From contig CAZMFO010000004.1 of the NCBI GenBank assembly GCA_964565615.1, positions 1 through 48,946 on the forward strand: 48,946 bases of DNA, read 5' to 3'. Numbering within the stretch: position 1 is the stretch's first letter; every line of letters starts with the position of its first letter. The notes below the pieces were generated by a model. The model ran no database searches. It saw only the letters and a list, made by a program, of their open reading frames with translations, and was not told the DNA's origin. Both the position numbers and the translations under genes were made by a program. This DNA comes from an uncultured Candidatus Saccharibacteria bacterium. GTDB lineage: Bacteria; Patescibacteriota; Saccharimonadia; Saccharimonadales; JAGQNJ01. Shown here piece after piece: positions 1-9,435 of the stretch.

Positions 1-101
1 CTAAACATAACTATTCCACATAGTAAAGTGTCCACGATGTAGTGGGTAAGTGCATAGCAGTTAACTTTGATGGTATTTTTTCGTATAATAGTTTACTGAA
101 T

Positions 102-620
102 ATGCATAAACAAACAGCAATTGTTAAAGCCGAGCCATCTATAAAAGAAAACGCTAAGCTTGTGGGGATTTTTTTGTTTTTGATAATTTCTGCAACTTTA
201 ATGGGGGCAATGGGTAGTATCAATGCCGTAGAGTGGTTGCGCTGGTTTATGGGTGGGTTATTGATTATCTTTGGGGGTTTGAAGTTACTGGGTATAGAGG
301 TTTTTATTAAGGTGTTTCCTTTATTTGATTTACTAGCCAAACGGGTTCGTCCATATAAGTATATTTATCCATTTGTTCAAGTTTTGTTTGGAATATTTTT
401 TATAGTCGGAGCATGGCCACTCTTTCGCAATTTAGCTACAATCGTGATTGGGTTATCTGGTTTGATTGGAATGATAAATGTTGTAATCCAACGCGGAGCA
501 GTTCGTTTATCTTATCTTGGGACTATCTTACGATTACGATTTTCTACAGTTATATTAATAGAGAATACCCTAATGGTTTGTTTGAGTGTAATTATGCTGA
601 TTAGTGAGTTAATTGTTTAG
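102..620 (+). CDS. MauE/DoxX-family membrane protein
   Basis: Several hydrophobic helices, FxxFDLLAKR..Y.Y.YPF motif and a C-terminal 'LSYLGTILRLRFSTVILIEN' segment resembling MauE-like proteins. The ORF track starts at 42, but ATG 102 follows TATAAT (85-90) and is the preferred start. Confidence 0.6.
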   Translation: MHKQTAIVKAEPSIKENAKLVGIFLFLIISATLMGAMGSINAVEWLRWFMGGLLIIFGGLKLLGIEVFIKVFPLFDLLAKRVRPYKYIYPFVQVLFGIFFIVGAWPLFRNLATIVIGLSGLIGMINVVIQRGAVRLSYLGTILRLRFSTVILIENTLMVCLSVIMLISELIV

Positions 621-1423
621 TTGGTTAGATCTCGGCGAATAAAAACCATCCAGGAGAAAAGCAAACAACAAGCAATAATACCGACAAAAACACAAAGGTT
701 TATCCAATTGTATGTACCTGCTAAAATTTCTGCGGGTTTGTAGTAAGTAAAAGCAAAGAGTTTAGACGGCCATTTTAGCCAATTGGCAATATCAACTAAA
801 GATGCAATTATGTATCCACCAAGCGCATAAACTGTTGCAAGTCCGATGCTGGCAAATCTGGCTTTGCCAAAAGAGGTTACTAAAAACGCCAAGGCGCCAA
901 AAGACATCGCAAGCAGTATACTGGCAAGTGTAGCTAGGGCAATGTTAATTGAGTTAACATCTAGTTTTACAAGTTTAGCAAATGTTAATGTAACTATTCC
1001 AGAAACAGAACCAGTAATTAATATAATTATCACGCCACTGATATTTTTAGCCGTTAGCAAGACAGACCTTGATACTGGTCTGCTCAGTAGTAATTCTATG
1101 GTTTTTTCTTTTTCTTCGCGTGCCAGTAAGGAGCTACCTAATGATATTGCTAATATGCCAAGCAACATCGGCAACATTAAATAAAAAATTTGGCTACTTA
1201 AATAACCAATTGGAGATAAAAATTCGTTTGTGTCAGAAAAAAGTGCCATGGCAGAATCTGGAATTTCTGAAAATGCTTGCTCTAGTTGCTGTGATTGATC
1301 TCTAAACGATGGATAAAAAGCAAGATTTAACGAAATGAAAGCCGTAACCGCAAACCCCCACCACATTATTGACCAGCGTCTTTGCCATAGCTCCCATTTG
1401 ATTATACTTAGAATGGTTTTCAT
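617..1423 (-). CDS. ABC-2 type transporter permease
   Basis: About 6 TM segments, 'LLAREEKEKTIELLLSRPVSRS' motif, C-terminal 'F.RRDL'. Overlaps the upstream ATPase gene by 4 bp. Confidence 0.85.
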   Translation of the reverse strand: MKTILSIIKWELWQRRWSIMWWGFAVTAFISLNLAFYPSFRDQSQQLEQAFSEIPDSAMALFSDTNEFLSPIGYLSSQIFYLMLPMLLGILAISLGSSLLAREEKEKTIELLLSRPVSRSVLLTAKNISGVIIILITGSVSGIVTLTFAKLVKLDVNSINIALATLASILLAMSFGALAFLVTSFGKARFASIGLATVYALGGYIIASLVDIANWLKWPSKLFAFTYYKPAEILAGTYNWINLCVFVGIIACCLLFSWMVFIRRDLTN

Positions 1424-2331
1424 CTTTTACTGTCCGTTTCATAATATTTCATGAATTCTTCTTCAAGGTCCAGCTCTTTACTGCTTAAGCTATAAATTTT
1501 TTGCTTAGATAAAAATAAAAGCAGGGGCGATAAATTACCACGAACATGAATAACAAAAGAATTTTGGTTAGTTTTTGATACTTTCTTAACGCCGGAGACT
1601 CTTTTAATGTCTACAGCTGTTACATTGGTCTTAAAACTTACATTGAATGTTTGCGCGGCCTCATCTTTTAGATCGGCAATATTATGCTCGTTTACCAATT
1701 TGCCATCTTTTATGATGCCAATGCGATTACAAATCTTTTTAACTTCTGTTAGATTGTGGCTACTAATAAAGATTGTTACGCCTCCGCTACTAAGTTTCTT
1801 TACTAGATCATAAAAAGTTTCTTGCATTAGTGGATCTAGGCCGTCGGTTGGTTCGTCTAAAATTAAAAGATCAGGTTCGTGCATACAGGCCTGAATTATG
1901 CCAAGTTTTTGTTTGTTGCCCTTAGAAAGCTCGCCAATTTTTTTATTGATGTTTGGCTTAAATAGGCTAATTAGTTCTTTGTAAAAATTTTTGTTTTTGT
2001 TTGGTTGAATTTCTGACATATAACTAAAAAATTGTTTGGTAGTCATTTTGTCATAGGCGGTAAAATCGCCAGAGAGATAGCCGATTGATTTTTTAATTTG
2101 TACAGAGTCTTTTACTATGTCTTTTCCAAATATTGTCGCGTCGCCTTCGGTGGGTTGCAAAAAGTTAAGAAGTGTTCTAATAGTGGTAGATTTTCCAGCA
2201 CCGTTTGGACCTAAAAAACCATAAACATCACCCTTATTTACTTTAATGCTCAAAGCTTTAAGGGCGTAGGGTGACTTTTCGCTATAGCGTTTACTAAGTT
2301 TGTTGCATTCTATAACGATCTCTGTTCGCAT
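1420..2331 (-). CDS. ABC transporter ATP-binding protein
   Basis: Walker A GPNGAGKST, signature-like LSKGNKQK, Walker B LLILDEPT, H-loop SSH. Start moved from 2415 to ATG 2331, which lies 6 nt after TACAAT (2343-2338). Confidence 0.92.
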   Translation of the reverse strand: MRTEIVIECNKLSKRYSEKSPYALKALSIKVNKGDVYGFLGPNGAGKSTTIRTLLNFLQPTEGDATIFGKDIVKDSVQIKKSIGYLSGDFTAYDKMTTKQFFSYMSEIQPNKNKNFYKELISLFKPNINKKIGELSKGNKQKLGIIQACMHEPDLLILDEPTDGLDPLMQETFYDLVKKLSSGGVTIFISSHNLTEVKKICNRIGIIKDGKLVNEHNIADLKDEAAQTFNVSFKTNVTAVDIKRVSGVKKVSKTNQNSFVIHVRGNLSPLLLFLSKQKIYSLSSKELDLEEEFMKYYETDSKR

Positions 2332-2403
2332 GATCATATTGTAATACATAATTAGCGAATCCAACTTATTTAGTTTACGGCGGGCTAGGGTTATTATGTA
2401 TTT

Positions 2404-3104
2404 ATGGCTAGACAAAAGACAAATAGTGAAACAGGGGTATTATTTGTAATTTTTTTTGCTTGTATTAACTTCGGTGTTTGCAAAACATGGTTTTAGTGAT
2501 CTAAAAGAATGGTTATTTTTTACGATATAATTTGCATTTATCAAGTAATTTAATGCTACTCATTACTCAATCTGGCACAATAGTGCAGTAGCTGGCGGAG
2601 TTTTAGTGCTGTTTTTCACTAAACGAAAAAAAAGCAAGTTTTGCAATTATTTTTAACTGGTTATTTAACATACATTTTTTGTAGCGTTATTAAAAGAACT
2701 AATTGCCAGACCAAGACCAAACGAAGTACTGCCAAACATATATTCTTTTGATATGGATGCATTTGGGTACGGGTTTCCGTCTGGGCATACGGCATTAGTA
2801 GTTGTTACTACGCTACTTTTTTTTGGAATTTTTTGGTAATGCGGGCAAAGCCTTTTTGATTGTTTTAGTGGCTTTAGTTGGTTTATCTAGGTTGACTTTA
2901 GGTGTTTATGCGCCACTAGATATTTTAAGTGGCGCTTTACTTGGTGCGCTTACTTATGTATTAATTAGGGGGCTTGTAAATTTAATAAAAAGGTTGAAAA
3001 ATCTTAATATCAAGCTTATGATTATAATTAGGAAGTGTGAGGCTTCCATACTAACCTCGGCAGTATGTCGAGGTTTATGGTTTAAGGCATTATTTATGTC
3101 CTAG
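2404..3104 (+). pseudogene. Frameshifted PAP2-family phosphatase pseudogene
   Basis: PAP2 motifs are present but split over frames: KELIARPRP (from 2693), FPSGH (2774-2788), SRLTLGVYAPLD (catalytic His appears as Tyr). About 6 frame changes are needed, mostly at T6/T8/A8 runs. Confidence 0.8.
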
Positions 3105-3125
3105 TTTCTGGTAAAATAGACTCTA

Positions 3126-3896
3126 GTGAGTATTATTTTATACATAGTTGTATTTTCTTTAATTGGCAGTGTAGTTTCCTTGATGGGCGGATTGTTATTA
3201 TTGAGTAATCAAAAATTGGCAAAAAAGCTTGCATTTTTTGCTACGCCGTTTGCCGGCGGGGCATTGCTAGCGGCAGTTTTTACTGATTTGTTGCCAGAGG
3301 GTATTGAGTTTGCCTCTGCCTCTACAGTACTCCAAGCTACGCTATTTGGAATGGTAGCCTTCTTTCTGGCAGAGGGTGGTTTGCGGTGGTTTCATCATCA
3401 TCACGAACACCCAAACGAGGGGCAGGGTCGTCAGTCCTCTCCTATTTTAATAGTTATTGGTGATACACTTCATAATGCCCTAGATGGCGTAGCTATTGCT
3501 GCAAGTTTTATGATTAGCATTCCGACCGGCATAGTTACAACTCTAGCGGTTGCTTCTCACGAGATCCCTCAAGAAATTGGCGATTTTGGCTTACTGTTAA
3601 CAAAAGGTTATTCACGCCAAAAAGTATTGATAGCTAACTCGGTGAGCGCTTTAGCAACCTTAGTTTTTGCATTGCTTACCTATTTTCTGGGTTCTAGTGA
3701 GGCTTTGCCAGTCGGAGCTTTACTAGGGTTGAGTGCAGGATTTTTGCTTTACATATCTGCTAGCGATGTAATTCCGACTATTCATCTGTCAAAAAATAAA
3801 CACCTGACTTTTTACCAACAGTCCCTGTTATTTATGGCCGGTATTTTTATTGTTTCTTTGATGACCACTTTGGCTCATAGTTTTATTGTTGAGTAA
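3126..3896 (+). CDS. ZIP-family (ZupT-like) metal transporter
   Basis: HHHHEH loop, GDTLHNALDG and HEIPQEIGDF motifs, multiple TM helices. Confidence 0.9.
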   Translation: MSIILYIVVFSLIGSVVSLMGGLLLLSNQKLAKKLAFFATPFAGGALLAAVFTDLLPEGIEFASASTVLQATLFGMVAFFLAEGGLRWFHHHHEHPNEGQGRQSSPILIVIGDTLHNALDGVAIAASFMISIPTGIVTTLAVASHEIPQEIGDFGLLLTKGYSRQKVLIANSVSALATLVFALLTYFLGSSEALPVGALLGLSAGFLLYISASDVIPTIHLSKNKHLTFYQQSLLFMAGIFIVSLMTTLAHSFIVE

Positions 3897-3952
3897 GGAT
3901 GAGCATTAGCATTGCTCTAGTAAGATAAGCAACTTAGACATATAATGGAGGT

Positions 3953-5017
3953 ATGGATGTAATGACTGTGGTTGTGCTTCTGATTTTGGTTGCTGGTTTT
4001 GGTTTGGTTAGCTTTGTTTTAAGTCAAAAAATTAAAGAACTAAAACAAGAGTCGGCGACACAGTTACTTAAACAAGACATTACAAATCTTAATGACTCTT
4101 TGCAGAAAATCAATGATGGACTAAAGGATCATCTAACCTCTCGGCTTGATAGAAGTCAAGATCAGATTGCAAAACAATACGAGCAAAGCAACAAGATTAT
4201 TAAAGATGTTACTCAAAAACTAGAGAAGCTTGAAAACACCAACAAGAATGTCGGTGATATTGCTTCGGAATTAAAAACTTTACAAAATGTTTTGCAAAAC
4301 CCTAAACAACGCGGAGTGTTAGGGGAGTATTATCTGGCACAGATATTAGAAAATGTTTTACCGGTTGGAGCGTTTGAGCTACAGTACAAAATTGCCGATG
4401 GTTTAGTTGTTGACGCAGTTATAAAGATGGACGATAGATTGCTCCCACTAGACAGCAAGTTTTCATTAGAGAACTATAATAGGTTACTCGACGCTGATGT
4501 TGGTGAGCGAGAGAGACTGGTTAAGGCTTTTAGAGAGGATGTAAAAAAGCGTATTGATGAAACCGCCAAATATATTAAACCCACAAGACAGACACTAGAT
4601 CAAGCTTTGATGTTTATCCCCAGTGAGGCTATTTATTATGATTTACTGGCGAACAAAGTTGGTCTAAGTGGCGTGAACGGCCGTAACTTATTGCAATATG
4701 CCCTTGAAAAAAAGGTGACTATAGTTGGTCCTAGTACCTTATCTGCTATGCTTCAGACAATTGCACAAGGCTTGCGAAGTGTAGAAATCCATAAAGATAC
4801 CGAAAAAATTCGCAAAAATATCGAGCAATTGCAAAAGCATTTGCTTGCCTATAACGCATATTATGTTAAGTTGGGGAACTCTTTGGGGGCAACAGTCGGA
4901 CACTATAACAATGCCAGCAGAGAGCTTGGCAAAATAGATAAAGACATTGTTAAAATTGGTGGTGGAGAAACTGCAATAGAACCCTTACTATTAGATAGAC
5001 CCAGCCAAGAGTTATGA
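3953..5017 (+). CDS. rmuC: DNA recombination protein RmuC
   Basis: N-terminal TM plus coiled coil, NPKQRGVLGE, 'LPLDSKF', 'MFIPSEAIY' and 'GPSTL' RmuC motifs. Confidence 0.92.
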   Translation: MDVMTVVVLLILVAGFGLVSFVLSQKIKELKQESATQLLKQDITNLNDSLQKINDGLKDHLTSRLDRSQDQIAKQYEQSNKIIKDVTQKLEKLENTNKNVGDIASELKTLQNVLQNPKQRGVLGEYYLAQILENVLPVGAFELQYKIADGLVVDAVIKMDDRLLPLDSKFSLENYNRLLDADVGERERLVKAFREDVKKRIDETAKYIKPTRQTLDQALMFIPSEAIYYDLLANKVGLSGVNGRNLLQYALEKKVTIVGPSTLSAMLQTIAQGLRSVEIHKDTEKIRKNIEQLQKHLLAYNAYYVKLGNSLGATVGHYNNASRELGKIDKDIVKIGGGETAIEPLLLDRPSQEL

Positions 5018-5065
5018 TAGAGTACGGGCGAGGCTATACTAAAATAAATATGGTATAATAACTTA

Positions 5066-5266
5066 ATGAAGGATATTTTTGAGGTTCCGGAAGGGGATGT
5101 CGATCCATTTTTGGATAAGATCGTCATGAGTGTGCCGTTGGGTTGTTTGGCAATTGTTGTTGATAGGTATACAGAAGCTATTCGTCAAGGGGCTACTCCT
5201 GAAGACGCTTATTTTATGGTTTCTTCCCCCGAGAGTAATTATTTTTTTGAGCAATCAAGTCAATAG
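5066..5266 (+). CDS. Small hypothetical protein (66 aa)
   Basis: ATG lies 6 nt after an extended -10 (TGGTATAAT 5051-5059). Acidic composition. Overlaps the 3' end of the convergent glycoside hydrolase gene by 53 bp. Confidence 0.5.
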   Translation: MKDIFEVPEGDVDPFLDKIVMSVPLGCLAIVVDRYTEAIRQGATPEDAYFMVSSPESNYFFEQSSQ

Positions 5267-6560
5267 TGAGCGAAGCTGTCCATGAAAAGTTTTGAGCACC
5301 AGCTGGTGTCCCATTTTTGGGCGAAAAGTATTCGTTTATACCCGACTTAGCAACCATACCTAGAGTTTGTTGGCGTATTTGCTCTGCTTCGTCATCAAAA
5401 CCGTAGCGTTTCAGCCCATCAATAATTAACCAGTTGGTGTTTATCCATGATGGGCCTTGCCAATAGAGGTGCTCCTTAAACCATTCGGAGTTTACGGGTA
5501 CTGTGGGGACAGGGTAGCTAGTGCCAAACAGGTGTTTTGATTTAAGAAGCTCAACTAGTATTTTGGCTCGTTCTTTTGGAATACTCCCCGCATATAGTGG
5601 TAAGAGTGTTCCGATTGAGCTTACTTTGATGAGCTTGCCCGTTGTTGTATTTTTTGAATAGTATTGGCTGGTATAAGGATCCCACAACTGTTCTAGACTG
5701 GCCTTAGTGTTCTCTATGTTAGTCGTAAGATTTTTGGGTAGTTTTATATTTAAAGATCTAGCGATATTAGACAAGTGGCTATTCGCCCGAATTAAGATGG
5801 AGTTGTAGTTGATATCAATGATACTGATGCGTGTAGGGTTTTTATTAGGGCCGACCTTGTAATGGTTGCGCAGTAATTTGCGTTGCATTGAATAAAGCAG
5901 TAAACCGTCTATTGTACTAAGTCGTTGGCCCGGTAAGACTAACTTGCGATCACTCCTAAAGTAAGTCAGCAAAGCATCTAACCGCGTTGCTTTAATCGTT
6001 TTTATCCAAAATGGCATACCGTAATTATTGATTTCGGCTATCCACGGAGGCGTGTTGTCTAGACCGGTTTCCCATGGGTGTACCAAACTGATTAGCCCCG
6101 ATTTATCAAAATCGCGTTCTTTATAAAGCCATTTATGAAAGGCAAGGAGAGCGGGGAACATTTTCTTGTACCATATTAAGCGCTCTTCTTTTGTAAGAAG
6201 TTCGCCAACTCGAACAACGGCTTCTGCTAACATCGGTGGTTGAGTAATACCACTGGTTGCATAATCATCAGGAGATTGGATTGATAGACTACTTTGCCAA
6301 AAACCGGCACTCTGTTTGCCAATAAAATCGCGAGTTAAAATCATATGTGGTAGCATACCGTTATGCCATTGTCCGCGCAAAAGACTTATCAGTTCTTGTT
6401 GAGCTCTTGGTACATCATAGTGGCGTTGCCCGATGGCAACAAAACAACTATCCCATAGCCACTGATGAGGGTACAGTCCCGGAGCGGGTATTATGTGACT
6501 CCCGCGGTCGTTATTCGTTAAAACATCTATACATTTTTGATACAGTTCATCGTCCGACAT
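5214..6560 (-). CDS. GH63/MGH1-like (alpha/alpha)6 glycoside hydrolase
   Basis: YPHQWLWDSCF, SGITQPP, HPWETGLDNTP, YWQGPSWINTNWL and EYFSP..G.GA.NFSWTA motifs typical of mannosyl/glucosylglycerate hydrolase-like enzymes. Confidence 0.8.
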   Translation of the reverse strand: MSDDELYQKCIDVLTNNDRGSHIIPAPGLYPHQWLWDSCFVAIGQRHYDVPRAQQELISLLRGQWHNGMLPHMILTRDFIGKQSAGFWQSSLSIQSPDDYATSGITQPPMLAEAVVRVGELLTKEERLIWYKKMFPALLAFHKWLYKERDFDKSGLISLVHPWETGLDNTPPWIAEINNYGMPFWIKTIKATRLDALLTYFRSDRKLVLPGQRLSTIDGLLLYSMQRKLLRNHYKVGPNKNPTRISIIDINYNSILIRANSHLSNIARSLNIKLPKNLTTNIENTKASLEQLWDPYTSQYYSKNTTTGKLIKVSSIGTLLPLYAGSIPKERAKILVELLKSKHLFGTSYPVPTVPVNSEWFKEHLYWQGPSWINTNWLIIDGLKRYGFDDEAEQIRQQTLGMVAKSGINEYFSPKNGTPAGAQNFSWTASLTIDLIAQKNNYSRGKKP

Positions 6561-6591
6561 TATGTCATTAGTATAACCTGCTTATGATTTA

Positions 6592-7125
6592 TTAGTAACT
6601 GTATTGCCAACCGGGTTGCCATTGCTTTTTGGGTCGCCAATTTTCTTTAATTACTTGATCCCACGATTTTCCGTTTATGATAACCTCCATTGCTAGCTGT
6701 GTTGCTTCGTGGCCAATAATTGCTATGTAGTCGTTCTTATGAAAAAGCTTCATGTCGTTTAAGAACGATTTAATGCGCACTTCCACTTCTTTGTAGGATT
6801 CTCCATTAGGATAGGGTATATCAACGAATTTATGCATATCACTTTTGAATTTTTTATTCTGACCATCAAATTGACCATAGTTTGCTTCGCGAAGACGCCA
6901 ATCGTATCGCAACGGGTGAGTATTACCAAAGCCAAGCTTGGCTGATTCAATAGCTCTTTGGAGATCTGAACAATAAACAATGCTAAATGATTTATCTTTT
7001 ATTAATTTTGGCAATTCTTTTGCTTGATTAATTCCTTCTGGTGATAATTTTCCCGGTAACCAACCAGTTGCGATATGATTTTTATTGTCTACAGTAGTGC
7101 TATGAGCAAAAAATACTATTTTCAT
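6592..7125 (-). CDS. Histidine phosphatase (phosphoglycerate mutase) family protein
   Basis: N-terminal AHS (variant of RHG), SDLQRA, LREANYG.FDG, GESY and a later GH. Confidence 0.85.
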   Translation of the reverse strand: MKIVFFAHSTTVDNKNHIATGWLPGKLSPEGINQAKELPKLIKDKSFSIVYCSDLQRAIESAKLGFGNTHPLRYDWRLREANYGQFDGQNKKFKSDMHKFVDIPYPNGESYKEVEVRIKSFLNDMKLFHKNDYIAIIGHEATQLAMEVIINGKSWDQVIKENWRPKKQWQPGWQYSY

Positions 7126-7126
7126 A

Positions 7127-7624
7127 TTATTTGAAGTTAGTGAAGTTGATAGGAAAATCGAAGCCCTTATTTTTTAGCAAATGCATTGCAGACTGGAGTT
7201 CGTCTTTTTTAGGGCTTGTAATTCGAACAGCCTCGCCCTGTATTTGTGCTTTTATCTTTGGGAGTTCATCACGGAGTAGTTTGGTAATTTGTTTAGCTCT
7301 GTCTTGATTAAGCCCCTGAATAAACGGCAAGTTTTTTGTAGATTTTAAATTTGCGACGATTGGCTCTTGGCTAATATCTAATACTTTCTGATCAATATTA
7401 CGACTAGCAAGTTTTTTGCGAATAATCTCAATTATCGCCTCTAGCTGGTAGTCACTATTACCAGTAATTTTGAATCCAGTTTTACTAGTGTCCAACCATT
7501 CAATACTCGCTGGAGTACCCTTAAAGTCATACCGATTAGTAATTTCTCTTTGAACCTGATCAAGCACATTGTTCATTTCGGCTTTGTCAAACTCACTAAC
7601 TACATCAAAACTAAACTGTGCCAT
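7127..7624 (-). CDS. yajQ: YajQ-family cyclic di-GMP/nucleotide-binding protein
   Basis: SFDVVSEFD, EI.NRYDFKG, AQIQGEAVRITSPKKDELQ and F.NFK motifs. Confidence 0.92.
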   Translation of the reverse strand: MAQFSFDVVSEFDKAEMNNVLDQVQREITNRYDFKGTPASIEWLDTSKTGFKITGNSDYQLEAIIEIIRKKLASRNIDQKVLDISQEPIVANLKSTKNLPFIQGLNQDRAKQITKLLRDELPKIKAQIQGEAVRITSPKKDELQSAMHLLKNKGFDFPINFTNFK

Positions 7625-8059
7625 TTAACCAGCCTCTTTAATGGGGATATCAAGTTCTTTGGCAACTTTGTGTGCCCAGATTACTAGCTCGTTAAGGGTT
7701 TTAGTAGCGTGTTTTAGCTCTTTTTCGGTGAGGTTAGATTTTTTCTCTAGTTTACTTAAAATTATTAGTATATCGCGAATATCGTTACTGTTCATTTCTA
7801 CAATGTCTTCTAGCTTGCTAAGGCGTTCTTCTAGCCTGTTTATTTGAACAGTTAGTGTGTGAAGATTGTTTTCTATCGAAGACATCCGACCCTCAAGGTT
7901 CGCCATCCGACCCTCAAGGTTCTCCATCCGACCCTCAAGGTTCTCCATCCGTTTTTCTAATCCGATGATTTTTCCTTCTTGTTGCAAAAATCCATCCGAT
8001 GTTATTTGCATCAGTTCTTGCAGGGTTTCCAAAATTTCTGCGTTCTTAATCTCGGGCAT
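7625..8059 (-). CDS. Coiled-coil hypothetical protein with heptad repeats
   Basis: LEKRMEN-LEGRMEN-LEGRMAN-LEGRMSS heptads. Start ATG 8059 is 6 nt after TATAAT (8071-8066), which removes the overlap with pheS seen in the ORF track. Confidence 0.75.
   Translation of the reverse strand: MPEIKNAEILETLQELMQITSDGFLQQEGKIIGLEKRMENLEGRMENLEGRMANLEGRMSSIENNLHTLTVQINRLEERLSKLEDIVEMNSNDIRDILIILSKLEKKSNLTEKELKHATKTLNELVIWAHKVAKELDIPIKEAG
7883..7951. repeat. 21-bp tandem repeat, about 3.3 copies (coding heptad)
   Basis: catccgaccctcaaggtt(cgc/ctc) at 7883, 7904 and 7925, plus partial catccg at 7946. Confidence 0.95.
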
Positions 8060-8113
8060 ATTTAAATTATATGTCTTATGCGTGCTGGTTAGCAATGGTA
8101 TAATGGTCAACAA

Positions 8114-9097
8114 ATGAATTATCAAAACAAGCAGATTGCAGATGTAGCTCAAAAACTTCAAAAAGAATTTGAAGAGCTTGATGATAAATCAAAAATTTTA
8201 AAATCTAGCGACCTTAAAGATTTGTATGCACAAATACCGTTGCTTAATCCAAGAGATAGGGCGAGTTTTGGTAAAGAGCTAAATCATTTGAAGGATTATT
8301 TGCAGAACCAAGTTAAAAAATCGCAACATAATCAGAGGGTGATTGAACCGATTGATGTAACTGCTCCATTTGCCGAAAACACCCCAAGCAACCTACGCCC
8401 TCGTTTGTTGACCAGTAATTTGGGGAGCAGACATCCTTTAACGACCGAAACAGAGCAAATAGTAGATATATTTACTAGAATGGGCTTTGAGGCAGTAGAG
8501 TCGCGACAGCTAGATGATGAGTACCATATGTTTAGTAGTTTGAACTTTCCAGAAGGGCACCCGGCGCGAGATGATTACGATACTTTCGTAACTACAGAGG
8601 GGTTAATTGCTCCAGCACATACTAGCACTATGCAAAATCGAGTATTAAGAAGCAAAAAGCCACCAATAAGATATGTAATTCCGGGGCGTGTTTTTCGTAA
8701 CGAAGACCTTGACGCCACACACGAGCATACCTTTTATCAACTAGAAGGAGTTTATGTAGATAAGGGTATCAATGTCGGGCATCTAATCGCTACATTAAAA
8801 ACCTTTTTAGAGGAATACTTTCAAGAAGAAATAGAGGTCCGAACTCAACCATTTTACTTTCCTTTTACCGAACCGAGTTTTGAATATGCAATAAAGAGGC
8901 CGGGCAAAGATTGGTTGGAAATTTTAGGTTGTGGTTTGATTCATCCCAATGTGTTAGCTCAAGGTGGCATTGATCCAAAGAAATATAGTGGTTTTGCTTG
9001 GGGCTTTGGAATTGACAGGCTAGTGATGATGAAATATGGGATTGAAGATGTGCGTCATTTTGAGTCGGCAAAACTAGATTTTTTGAGGCAGTTTTGA
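8114..9097 (+). CDS. pheS: Phenylalanine--tRNA ligase alpha subunit
   Basis: HPARDDYDTF, HTSTMQ, GRVFRNE..DATH.H.F.QLEG, FPFTEPS and GFAWGFGIDRL motifs. Confidence 0.97.
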   Translation: MNYQNKQIADVAQKLQKEFEELDDKSKILKSSDLKDLYAQIPLLNPRDRASFGKELNHLKDYLQNQVKKSQHNQRVIEPIDVTAPFAENTPSNLRPRLLTSNLGSRHPLTTETEQIVDIFTRMGFEAVESRQLDDEYHMFSSLNFPEGHPARDDYDTFVTTEGLIAPAHTSTMQNRVLRSKKPPIRYVIPGRVFRNEDLDATHEHTFYQLEGVYVDKGINVGHLIATLKTFLEEYFQEEIEVRTQPFYFPFTEPSFEYAIKRPGKDWLEILGCGLIHPNVLAQGGIDPKKYSGFAWGFGIDRLVMMKYGIEDVRHFESAKLDFLRQF

Positions 9098-9435
9098 TGA
9101 AGATAGTTAAAAAGATATCAATATCGGAATTAAAAACTATGGCAGAAAAAATGGACGGAAACTTAGTTAAAGCAGATGTTGATGTTGCTAAACAGATTGT
9201 TATAGTAGATATGCCTATGCATTTTGAGGGCGAGCAAGAGTTATTGCAAAAAGGCTCTAGCCAAAAAGATCTTTGGGGTATCAATTTGTTTCCAAAAAAG
9301 TTTGGCTCTGATGAATTTATAGCTTTTGAATCAATGATCAACATTAAACCACCCAACAATCAGAGTATGACCATACAATCAGAAGAAATATGCAATCAAA
9401 TCATAGATATTATCAATGGGGTTGTCTATGAGTAG
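9094..9435 (+). CDS. DUF5674-family protein
   Basis: 'LVKADVDV', 'MHFEGEQELL..GS.QKDLWGINLFP' and 'FESMINIKP' recognised as DUF5674-like. ATGA coupling to the pheS stop. Confidence 0.75.
   Translation: MMKIVKKISISELKTMAEKMDGNLVKADVDVAKQIVIVDMPMHFEGEQELLQKGSSQKDLWGINLFPKKFGSDEFIAFESMINIKPPNNQSMTIQSEEICNQIIDIINGVVYE

Noticed and set aside
617-3104. Bacitracin-resistance bcrABC-like module (ABC-2 transporter plus PAP2)
   Set aside because: The genes are divergent, both families are generic, and the PAP2 is broken. No specific evidence for the substrate.
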